A stretch of 33,697 nt of DNA from a virus (lineage: Duplodnaviria > Caudoviricetes): the IMG/VR virus record IMGVR_UViG_3300020043_002519, positions 1 through 33,697 of that record, one strand, 5' to 3'. How positions within the stretch are numbered: position 1 is the stretch's first letter; the number at the start of each line of letters is the position of its first letter. This document shows, one piece after another, positions 26,392 through 33,697 of this stretch. Below the pieces are notes generated by a model. That model saw only the letters and a list, made by a program, of their open reading frames with translations, was not told the origin of the DNA and did no database searches. The position numbers and the translations under genes are program-made.

Positions 26392-27748
26392 TGATTTCGT
26401 TCAACAAAAGAAACATTCGGTAGGTAGTTTTGGATTTACTCCTAACTACATTCCTGAAATGGCTTTCGACTTTCAAAAGCATATTATAGAGAAAGCAATT
26501 GAGAAGGGACGCATGGCTATTTTTGCAGATACCGGACTAGGTAAAACACTTATTCAACTATCAATTGCAAAAAACATTATTCAGCACACAAATAAGAAAG
26601 TATTGATATTAACTCCGTTGGCAGTTGCGTTTCAATTTATTATCGAAGCTGAAAAATTAGGAATTGACGATATAGAGTATTCAAAAGACGGAAAGCATAC
26701 AAAGAAAATAGTACTATGCAACTACGAACGATTACATTATTTCGATTCAAATGATTTCGAGGGTGTAATATTAGATGAAAGTTCGATATTAAAAAACTTC
26801 GACGGTAAAATTAAGAACCAAGTAAACGCTTTCATTAAGAAAATACCGTATCGTTATTGCTCAACAGCCACTCCTAGTCCGAACGATTTTATCGAATTAG
26901 GAACTACAAGCGAGGCACTAGGTTACATGGGTTATATGGATATGCTAGGTAAGTTTTTTAAGAACAATCAAAACTCAGTAGATTCAAATAATCGTAACAT
27001 AGGTGAAAAGTTCTATTTAAAGCCACACGCTGAAAATGATTTCTTTGCATGGGTTAATCAATGGGCTATGATGGTTAAAATGCCATCCGATATAGGGTTT
27101 TCAAATGATCGTTACATATTGCCAGAACTAATAGTAAATAAGCATATTGTAGAAAATCAGTCTTTAATTGATGTTAATGGTCAAGTTCAAATGTTTACAC
27201 CTATAGCAAAGTCAATGACAGAGGTTAGACACGAACAAAAGCAAACTGAGTACAAACGATGTGAAAAGGCTATTGAATTAGCAAGTGGAAAAACATCTGT
27301 TTATTGGTGCAATACAAATAACGAAAGTAAACTACTTCGAGAAATGGATTCGAACGCGGTTGAAATTATCGGTAGTCAGTCAATCGAAAAGAAAGAAGAA
27401 ATACTTTTAGCATTTGCAAACGGTGAAATAGAAAGACTAATTACAAAGGCTAAAATGACTTCAATGGGTTTGAACTGGCAACATTGTCAACACTCAGTAT
27501 TCTTTCCTACATGGAGTTACGAACAATACTACCAAGCTATTAGACGCTTTTGGAGGTTCGGACAAACTAAAGACGTAACTATTGATATGGTTATTTCGGA
27601 CGGTCAAACTAGAGTAGTCGAAGCATTACAACAGAAAACACAAAAAGCAATTGAATTGCACGAAAACTTAACGCGTAACGTTAACAGAACTTTCGAACAC
27701 GTTACAAAAGAATTTAACAAAGAAATCATTAAACCTCTATTTTTATAA
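26381..27748 (+). CDS. SF2 (SNF2-like) helicase/ATPase
   Basis: DTGLGKT, ILDESS, STATP, MGLNWQ and QAIRRFWRFGQ; ATG at 26381. Confidence 0.9.
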   Translation: MNYSDFVQQKKHSVGSFGFTPNYIPEMAFDFQKHIIEKAIEKGRMAIFADTGLGKTLIQLSIAKNIIQHTNKKVLILTPLAVAFQFIIEAEKLGIDDIEYSKDGKHTKKIVLCNYERLHYFDSNDFEGVILDESSILKNFDGKIKNQVNAFIKKIPYRYCSTATPSPNDFIELGTTSEALGYMGYMDMLGKFFKNNQNSVDSNNRNIGEKFYLKPHAENDFFAWVNQWAMMVKMPSDIGFSNDRYILPELIVNKHIVENQSLIDVNGQVQMFTPIAKSMTEVRHEQKQTEYKRCEKAIELASGKTSVYWCNTNNESKLLREMDSNAVEIIGSQSIEKKEEILLAFANGEIERLITKAKMTSMGLNWQHCQHSVFFPTWSYEQYYQAIRRFWRFGQTKDVTIDMVISDGQTRVVEALQQKTQKAIELHENLTRNVNRTFEHVTKEFNKEIIKPLFL

Positions 27749-27750
27749 TC

Positions 27751-28788
27751 ATGAAGAACAAAGTAAAAGATCAAACGATTACAGAAAACTACGCACTATA
27801 CAACAGCGATTGTATGCTAGTATTACCAACTTTAGGAGACGAAAGTATAGACCTATCTGTTTATAGTCCACCGTTCGCAGGGTTGTACAATTACTCTAGT
27901 TCTGAATTAGACTTTTCAAATTGCGAAAGTAAAGAACAGTTTTTAGAGCAATACGAATTTTTAATTAAAGAGATTGCAAGGGTAACAAAACCAGGACGTA
28001 TAAGCGCGGTGCATTGTACGGATGTATTCGATAACACTTGCCGTCTTTGGGACTTTCCTAACGAGATCATTCGATTACATACTAAGTACGGTTTTGAATA
28101 TCGCAACCGTATTACAATTTGGAAAGAGCCTTTGAAAGTTCGTATGCGTACAATGGTACAATCGTTAATGCATAAATTCATTGTAGAAGATTCGACAAAG
28201 TGTTTTACAGCGATGCCTGACTATGTTTTAGTATTTACTAAAAAAGGCGAAAACAAAGTACCCGTAACTCATCCTTTTGGGATTAATCACTACGCAGGAG
28301 AAACACCAATTTTACCAAACATATTAAGAGCGTGGAACAATGCAAATAATACAGACTTTAACTCTGAGCAACTCTGGGAACATTTAAATATTATCAATGA
28401 GGACGATAAAATAACTAAATTGAATCACTACATTTGGCAGCGTTATGCCTCTTCTGTTTGGGACGATATAAGAATTGACAATGTTTTACCGTTCAAAGAT
28501 TCAAAGGAAGAGGACGACGAGAAACACGTACACCCGTTGCAATTAGATGTAATTGATCGTATTGTTGAATTATACTCTAATCCTGGCGAAGTTGTTTTAA
28601 CTCCATTTATGGGTGTAGGTAGCGAAGTATTTAGCCCCGTTTCAATGGGTCGTAAAGCGATTGGAATTGAATTAAAAGATAGCTATTATAAACAAGCTAT
28701 TTTGAATTGTCAAGATGCTGTAAAACGTTTCAAAGCGAAGGTAAAACAAATCAGTATTTTAGATCAAATCGAAGAAACTGAAATGTAA
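27751..28788 (+). CDS. Amino DNA methyltransferase (N4C/N6A, beta-type order)
   Basis: Catalytic SPPF precedes SAM-binding TPFMGVGS; KHVHPLQLDVI. Confidence 0.88.
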   Translation: MKNKVKDQTITENYALYNSDCMLVLPTLGDESIDLSVYSPPFAGLYNYSSSELDFSNCESKEQFLEQYEFLIKEIARVTKPGRISAVHCTDVFDNTCRLWDFPNEIIRLHTKYGFEYRNRITIWKEPLKVRMRTMVQSLMHKFIVEDSTKCFTAMPDYVLVFTKKGENKVPVTHPFGINHYAGETPILPNILRAWNNANNTDFNSEQLWEHLNIINEDDKITKLNHYIWQRYASSVWDDIRIDNVLPFKDSKEEDDEKHVHPLQLDVIDRIVELYSNPGEVVLTPFMGVGSEVFSPVSMGRKAIGIELKDSYYKQAILNCQDAVKRFKAKVKQISILDQIEETEM

Positions 28789-29108
28789 TGAAAATACATC
28801 TACAAATCAAACCCTTGTCAGTCAATGAAGCCTGGCAGGGGCGTAGATTCAAAACCGATAAATACACCGCTTACGAAAAGTTAATGCGTTCAATGCTTCC
28901 TAAATGCGAAATAAAGGACTTTACACAGCTAAAAATAACGTAGGGCTTTTCAAACATGGCAAGCGACATCGACAACCCAACTAAATTGGTGCTAGATATA
29001 CTACAAAAACAGTACGGTGTGAATGATCGCGACATAGTGCATTTAGTTTTGCACAAAAAAAAGGTTGCGAAAGGTAAAGAATTTATTGAAATTTGGTTTT
29101 ACGATTGA
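28788..29108 (+). pseudogene. rusA: RusA-like Holliday junction resolvase with one in-frame TAG (28941-28943)
   Basis: KPLSVNEAWQG...KIT*GFSNMASDIDNPTKLVLDILQKQYGVNDRDI; DIDN..K..D and ND motifs; TAATG-coupled start. Confidence 0.75.
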
Positions 29109-29117
29109 AATATTTTG

Positions 29118-29125
29118 TATATTAG
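29118..29125 (+). promoter_or_regulatory. -7 promoter element variant (TATATTAG)
   Basis: Immediately upstream of the structured leader. Confidence 0.5.
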
Positions 29126-29130
29126 CAGAC

Positions 29131-29214
29131 GAATCGTGCAGGATTCTGATAGGTAAAAACATTCAAACCCTTTGGGAAAGTAGGACTGCACTCCGAAATT
29201 CCAAAGGGTTTTTT
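29131..29214 (+). ncRNA. Structured leader RNA with kissing loops, loop-E motif and U tract
   Basis: Two hairpins with complementary loops GTGCAG/CTGCAC; AGTA/GAA internal loop; 13-bp basal stem followed by T6. Confidence 0.65.
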
Positions 29215-29228
29215 ATTTAAAATTTATT

Positions 29229-29459
29229 ATGAAAAAAAGAATTATTATCGTGAACTTGAAAGAGTTTTTTCACTTTGGTATTGATAAACCGTTTTCAATA
29301 CTTGCCGAATTAGAGAAGATTGTTTATGATTCAGAATCTTACACCGAAACTATTCAAATTGAATATAGAGGTTGTGTGTTTGACTTTGTATTTCAAGAGG
29401 CACGTATAGAAAAAAATGGGCTTGTAATAGTCAAATATTTGATTAGTAATATATTTTAA
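29229..29459 (+). CDS. Hypothetical protein (AT-rich)
   Basis: 76-aa ORF between the leader RNA and the replication initiator. Confidence 0.55.
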   Translation: MKKRIIIVNLKEFFHFGIDKPFSILAELEKIVYDSESYTETIQIEYRGCVFDFVFQEARIEKNGLVIVKYLISNIF

Positions 29460-29470
29460 ATATAAAGTAT

Positions 29471-30184
29471 ATGAGTATCGGATATATAAAACTTCATCGT
29501 TCATTAATTGAATGGCAGTACTGGGACGATCATAATACAACAAGGCTTTTAATTTACTTTTTAGTATCTGTTAATTATGAATCGAAAAGATGGAAAGGAA
29601 TTGATATAAATTGCGGTTCTATGGTAACGTCTTTTGATAAAATATCAATAGCAACGGGGCTTTCAGTTAAGCAAGTTAGGCGTTCAATTAAAATTTTAAT
29701 TGATTGCAAGGAAGTAACACAAGTAACGACAAACAAATTTCAGCTTATAACCCTAGTTAAATGGGCAGAATTGCAAGTTGAAGAAAATAAAAGGGCAACC
29801 AAAGGACAAACAAAAGACAATCAAAGGGAAGGTCAAAGGGCAACAACTAAAGAAGTTAAAGAAGAAAAGAATAATATACAGATTGAAAACTTCTTAAATT
29901 GGTTCAATGAATCAATAGAAAAAAAGACGGGAAAAAAAGGAAAGTTTAAAATTCTATCAAAGACGGATGAAAGCAACTTTAAAAAAATAAGGGCTTCATA
30001 TGAGTTTCAAGATTTTGTAATAGCTTTCAATAGCTTTTGGGTTAATCAATGGGCAATTGAAACAAACAACAGAACACCGTCACACTTCCTTAGAGTTGAT
30101 AACTTTAATAAATACTTGAATCAAATTAGCGGTTCGAATACAGCCCCACGTTTAACAATGATAACAATTGCAGACCATGATTAA
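29471..30184 (+). CDS. Phage replication initiator
   Basis: GYIKLHRSLIEW N-terminus with wHTH, repetitive linker, C-terminal TPSHFLR..NFNKYLN; precedes the helicase. Confidence 0.8.
   Translation: MSIGYIKLHRSLIEWQYWDDHNTTRLLIYFLVSVNYESKRWKGIDINCGSMVTSFDKISIATGLSVKQVRRSIKILIDCKEVTQVTTNKFQLITLVKWAELQVEENKRATKGQTKDNQREGQRATTKEVKEEKNNIQIENFLNWFNESIEKKTGKKGKFKILSKTDESNFKKIRASYEFQDFVIAFNSFWVNQWAIETNNRTPSHFLRVDNFNKYLNQISGSNTAPRLTMITIADHD
29790..29844 (+). repeat. Iteron-like repeats (putative replication origin)
   Basis: Five imperfect 10-12-nt units starting AAAG (AAAGGGCAAC twice) inside the initiator gene, followed by an A-rich tract. Confidence 0.55.
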
Positions 30185-31199
30185 GAAGTTATCAGAAGTT
30201 AGAAACGAACTAGATCACTTGCATAAAGTTGGAATAGAACAAGGTAAGGATGTTGGATGGAGTTGGGAACAATTCCCGTACACCGTTAAACTCGGATCGA
30301 CTACATACATAGCAGGCGCACCCGCATCCGGTAAATCAGAGTTTTGGTTTGAGATTCTTATAAACCTTTCTTGTTTGCATGGATGGAAGCACGTAATTTA
30401 CAGCCCTGAAACGGGTTCGCACGTGGATATTTACAGCGAGTTAATGCACAAATTCATTGGTAAGCCTTACGTTAAAGGTAATTGGATGATGAACGAAGTT
30501 GAAAAATTGACTGCCGAACGGTTTATTGAAAAGCATTTCTTCGTATTTGATGACCAAAGCGAAATGACTGCAAAGAATTTCTATGAGTTTATAGATGAGT
30601 TTGAAAAGCAACATAACATAACTATCCAAACCACAACAGCCGACCCATGGAACGAATTAAAATCGGACTTTAAACCCGAAGATTTAGGGCGTGAAGATAT
30701 GTTTTTAAGTAGGGTATTAGGGGACGTTCGTAAACACGCGAAGAAAACCAATAAGCATCATTGCATAATTACACACGTTCGAGATCAAAGACTAGAGAAA
30801 AGCCCCGAAGGAACGTACTACTATCCAATTCCAACGGCTAGAGATTTGGCAGGTGGTCAAACGTGGTTTAGAAAAGGAATGAGTATGATAATGTTTTGGC
30901 GTCCACCTAAAGGATTTGAAGTTGAACCAGGAGTTATTGCAGAAGATAATGAGGTTCACGTTAAGATTGTAAAGACCAAACCAAAAGGAACAAGTAAGAA
31001 CGGTACTTATAAATTCTTTCTTAATATTTCAGCATACCGTTACTACATGAAGGATTTTGTAGGCAAAGAGATTTATTCAGATCGTGGTGCATACGACACC
31101 AAACCTAGCAACAACTTTCAAACGGGCGTAGCGTTCAAACCATTACCGATGAATACAGAATTTGATATAACACCTTTAACCGATGAAACACCATTTTAA
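30177..31199 (+). CDS. SF4 (DnaB/T7 gp4-like) replicative helicase
   Basis: Walker A GAPASGKS, YSPE, ADPWN, ITHVR, DLAGG and KIVKTK. Confidence 0.8.
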   Translation: MIKKLSEVRNELDHLHKVGIEQGKDVGWSWEQFPYTVKLGSTTYIAGAPASGKSEFWFEILINLSCLHGWKHVIYSPETGSHVDIYSELMHKFIGKPYVKGNWMMNEVEKLTAERFIEKHFFVFDDQSEMTAKNFYEFIDEFEKQHNITIQTTTADPWNELKSDFKPEDLGREDMFLSRVLGDVRKHAKKTNKHHCIITHVRDQRLEKSPEGTYYYPIPTARDLAGGQTWFRKGMSMIMFWRPPKGFEVEPGVIAEDNEVHVKIVKTKPKGTSKNGTYKFFLNISAYRYYMKDFVGKEIYSDRGAYDTKPSNNFQTGVAFKPLPMNTEFDITPLTDETPF

Positions 31200-31201
31200 T
31201 C

Positions 31202-31630
31202 ATGAAGATAGAGTATTTTCAAACATCATTTGAAACGAAGGTTAATCTAGCAGATGCTTTTATTTCGGATTTAACCGTTAAGTATTGTGAACAACAGATG
31301 AAGATGAACCAACCGCGTAAAGCATTGGAGTTTTCAAGTAAGGTTTACAAAGTTCAAGAAGTATTTATATCAATCCGTTCCGTTTTTAGACGTGCTGAAA
31401 ACGATAACAACAAACTTCTAAAAGAAAACGCAGAACTTAAAAAGCGGTTACACGAATACGAACGAACAGATAAGGCACTGAACGAATTGAAACCTAATAC
31501 AGAACTTGAAGCAAAGTACCGAGATGAGATGCTAAGTTTCAAAGATAAGTACCAAATGCGAATCCAAGAACTAGAAATTGAAAACGATCAGTTGTTAAAG
31601 CAGTTGATAAAATTAAATCAAAACACATGA
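31202..31630 (+). CDS. Hypothetical coiled-coil protein
   Basis: 142-aa ORF in the operon. Confidence 0.65.
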   Translation: MKIEYFQTSFETKVNLADAFISDLTVKYCEQQMKMNQPRKALEFSSKVYKVQEVFISIRSVFRRAENDNNKLLKENAELKKRLHEYERTDKALNELKPNTELEAKYRDEMLSFKDKYQMRIQELEIENDQLLKQLIKLNQNT

Positions 31631-32298
31631 AAACATACAAAATTTTAAACCTATACGCTTGCCTTGGAGGTAACCGATACAAGTGGGACGAAGTAGCTAA
31701 AGAAGCAGGGATTGAAATTGAAGTTACTGCTATTGAATGGGATGAAGAACTTGCTAGGTTATACCAGGAAAGATTTCCAAATGATATAGTAATAGTAGAT
31801 GATGCACACCAATATCTGTTAGATCATTACAAAGAATTCGATTTCATTTGGTCAAGTCCTCCTTGTCCAAGTCACTCAAGAATGAGAAAAACAAATACCG
31901 GTGATGGAGATAGAAAGAGTAAAGCCACATATCCAGATATGAAGTTATATCAGGAGATAATATTTTTAGATAATTTTTTTGATGGAAAGTATGTTGTTGA
32001 AAACGTTATCCCATATTACGAGCCATTAATTCGTGCGCAAGAAAGAGGACGGCATTTATATTGGGCTAACTTCACTTTACCAGGATCATTGAATGACAGA
32101 AGAGCTAATAATTTTATAAAGGCAAAGCAATCAGAACTTGAGAAATTCCACGAAATAGATTTATCAACATACAAAGGAACGCAGAGAAAAGATAAAATTG
32201 CCCGTAACCTGGTAGACTACGAAGCAGGAAGAACTATATTTGAAACGGCTTTAGGTATAATCAGAAAGAAGGATGTTAGACAAACCGAACTATTCTAA
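31627..32298 (+). CDS. C5-cytosine DNA methyltransferase (short phage type)
   Basis: NLYACLGG, WSSPPCP (catalytic PC), VENV and RGRHLYW. Confidence 0.85.
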   Translation: MKTYKILNLYACLGGNRYKWDEVAKEAGIEIEVTAIEWDEELARLYQERFPNDIVIVDDAHQYLLDHYKEFDFIWSSPPCPSHSRMRKTNTGDGDRKSKATYPDMKLYQEIIFLDNFFDGKYVVENVIPYYEPLIRAQERGRHLYWANFTLPGSLNDRRANNFIKAKQSELEKFHEIDLSTYKGTQRKDKIARNLVDYEAGRTIFETALGIIRKKDVRQTELF

Positions 32299-32300
32299 AA

Positions 32301-32363
32301 TGACGAACGGTCAAATAACTATTTAAACGGCAAACCACTATCCAAACCGAATCCATATCTTTG
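32301..32363 (+). promoter_or_regulatory. Promoter with inverted operator-like boxes
   Basis: TGACGAACGGT (32301) is the exact reverse complement of the 24538 box; partial box 20 nt later; TATCTTTG at 32356. Confidence 0.6.
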
Positions 32364-32384
32364 TTGAAACCAAATGAGAAAAAT

Positions 32385-32570
32385 ATGAAAGAAGCACTAA
32401 ATTACATCGAACAAGAATTGACACTACAAAGATTCTTAATCGAAAAGTTCTATGATGAACTAGGTAAATCAGATTTAAACATTGCTAAGATGCACTGGGA
32501 TGCTGAAATACGAATGGCAAAAGCACAGATAACACAGTTAGAAAACGTTAAAACATTATTGACGAGATGA
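32385..32570 (+). CDS. Hypothetical protein
   Basis: ATG at 32385 after the promoter and A-rich leader. Confidence 0.6.
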   Translation: MKEALNYIEQELTLQRFLIEKFYDELGKSDLNIAKMHWDAEIRMAKAQITQLENVKTLLTR

Positions 32571-32878
32571 GAATAATTAACTACGACGAAACGGATAGAA
32601 TAGCGGATTGCTCAATGCAACGCGGTTCGAGAGTGTACGATGTTCAGATAGTGAACATCGAGTATTGCACAGTGTACGATGCGATTACAGAAGAAAGCGA
32701 TATTGACTTAACCGAGTTTACCGCTACCGAATACGACAACGAAAGCGATACGTTTATACCGCTTACACTTACCAATGATGAGATATACCAATTCAAACGT
32801 GGACTACTTGAATACATCGACTTCGAAGATGAAAGCGAGATGTTCGATAGTGGAGATCGTGAGGGGAGTTGTTGGTGA
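32567..32878 (+). CDS. Acidic hypothetical protein
   Basis: ATGA-coupled; very Asp/Glu-rich. Confidence 0.65.
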   Translation: MRIINYDETDRIADCSMQRGSRVYDVQIVNIEYCTVYDAITEESDIDLTEFTATEYDNESDTFIPLTLTNDEIYQFKRGLLEYIDFEDESEMFDSGDREGSCW

Positions 32879-32948
32879 TAACGTTTTGCAACTATACGCA
32901 CCTTGGATATGTACGTTTTTGCGTATAGATGCTGTTAGGTGTAGTATT
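32871..32948 (+). repeat. attC-like palindromic site 1
   Basis: TAAC (32879) .. GCAACTATACGCA / TGCGTATAGATGC .. GTTAGGT (32934). Confidence 0.65.
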
Positions 32949-33330
32949 TTTTAACAATGTAAATTTATAATTATGACAATATTTGAACAAATAAGAAATA
33001 GTAGAAAGTCAACTGACGGGTTTTTATATCAAGTTTCAAAAGAAGATTATAATCAAATAAGAGATGATTATAACTATGATGAACAAAGAGTACCTATTCA
33101 TCCAATGCACCAATTTTATATTGATAATTATGGTAAACAATTTCATTATGAGAAATATATCGAATGTATTTTAAATTACCAACTTAAAGAAGATTATGAA
33201 TATAAAGTAATTATTAACGACCAATTTAAAGACCCAACTATTATAAAGGTTTTCATTGTCGTTCGGGTGTGTTCGTAATATTGCACCTAACAGTCGTGCA
33301 GGCGATGGCTTTAGTCTCGCTTGTGCTTTG
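32935..33330 (+). mobile_element. Integron-like gene cassette
   Basis: Starts at G|TTAGGT, carries a single ORF, then ACCTAAC-hairpin-G|TT; the ends are complementary. Confidence 0.55.
32973..33278 (+). CDS. Cassette-borne hypothetical protein
   Basis: 101 aa; visibly more AT-rich than the flanking genes. Confidence 0.65.
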   Translation: MTIFEQIRNSRKSTDGFLYQVSKEDYNQIRDDYNYDEQRVPIHPMHQFYIDNYGKQFHYEKYIECILNYQLKEDYEYKVIINDQFKDPTIIKVFIVVRVCS

Positions 33331-33339
33331 TTAACCGAC
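33277..33339 (+). repeat. attC-like palindromic site 2
   Basis: ACCTAAC (33285) .. GTGCAGGCGA / TCGCTTGTGC (with G-T pairs) .. GTTAACC (33330). Confidence 0.55.
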
Positions 33340-33362
33340 GTTTCAATGTCGGAAATAATTAG

Positions 33363-33370
33363 TATATTTG
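33363..33370 (+). promoter_or_regulatory. Bacteroidota -7 promoter element (TATATTTG)
   Basis: Exact TAnnTTTG match followed by two AAAACCAAAT leader copies. Confidence 0.6.
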
Positions 33371-33395
33371 AAAACCAAATAAAAACCAAATAGAG

Positions 33396-33697
33396 ATGAG
33401 TACAGAAACAAAAACACACTGGAAGAAATTAAAGAATCCGCTTTACTTAGGAGCGTATGACTTTCAACCGAAAGAAGAACGAACAGTAACGATTAAAGAA
33501 GTTATTGTCGAATCAGTAAAGAACACAGACGGAAAGTCAGAGGAATGTACCGTTGTGCATTTAGTCGGTTCGAAACCGTTTATTTGCAATTCAACCAACG
33601 CGAAAGCAATTACGAAGATAACCGGATCGCCTTATATCGAAGAGTGGCAAGGTAAACAGATTTGTTTATTTACGCAAACTATCCGAGCGTTTGGAGA
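33396..33697 (+). CDS. Conserved phage protein, possibly ssDNA-binding/recombination (3' truncated by window)
   Basis: MSTETKTHWKKLKNPLYLGAYD...NSTNAKAITKITGSPYIEEWQGKQI; open to the window end. Confidence 0.6.
   Translation, partial: MSTETKTHWKKLKNPLYLGAYDFQPKEERTVTIKEVIVESVKNTDGKSEECTVVHLVGSKPFICNSTNAKAITKITGSPYIEEWQGKQICLFTQTIRAFG

Noticed and set aside
28941-28943. Genome-wide amber (TAG) recoding
   Set aside because: Only one gene is interrupted; the other genes are intact in the standard code, TAG ends the 8399-10705 and 25700-26185 ORFs, and no suppressor tRNA was seen.
32879-32937. attC-like site 1 as a simple intrinsic terminator or tRNA
   Set aside because: It has a long loop, no U tract directly after the stem and no cloverleaf; cross-complementarity with the far end of the ORF fits a recombination site better.
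2219-33419. Minus-strand ORFs in the track (e.g. 15273-15881, 10375-10785)
   Set aside because: All are shadows of well-supported + strand genes or promoters and carry no recognisable motifs.
1-33697. Prophage or lysogeny module
   Set aside because: No integrase, CI-like repressor or host genes in the window; lifestyle cannot be determined.

Overview
A 33.7-kb segment of a tailed dsDNA phage (siphovirus-like) genome. All credible genes lie on the + strand. The host is probably a Bacteroidota member, based on TAnnTTTG promoters, A-rich leaders without Shine-Dalgarno sequences and the gene families. Gene order: sigma-like factor, terminase, a glycosyltransferase/methyltransferase/glycosyltransferase operon, tail chaperone and tail genes, tape measure, protease/scaffold, capsid, tail tube, portal and neck genes, an SGNH virion protein, lysis genes, then early and replication genes (exonuclease, SNF2-like helicase, two DNA methyltransferases, RusA, replication initiator, SF4 helicase). 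The main signals not shown in the ORF track are: (1) an AT-rich ORF at 32973-33278 bracketed by two attC-like hairpins with swapped, complementary outer arms, i.e. an integron-cassette-like unit in a phage with no integrase in the window; (2) a structured leader RNA with a 6-bp kissing loop and a loop-E motif upstream of the replication operon; (3) a candidate antisense sRNA complementary to an ACCAAAUG motif shared by several early leaders; (4) paired operator-like boxes with 20-nt spacing at three promoters; (5) a -1 frameshift in the tail assembly chaperone; (6) a rusA gene interrupted by one in-frame TAG. All functional calls come from motif recognition, not database searches.
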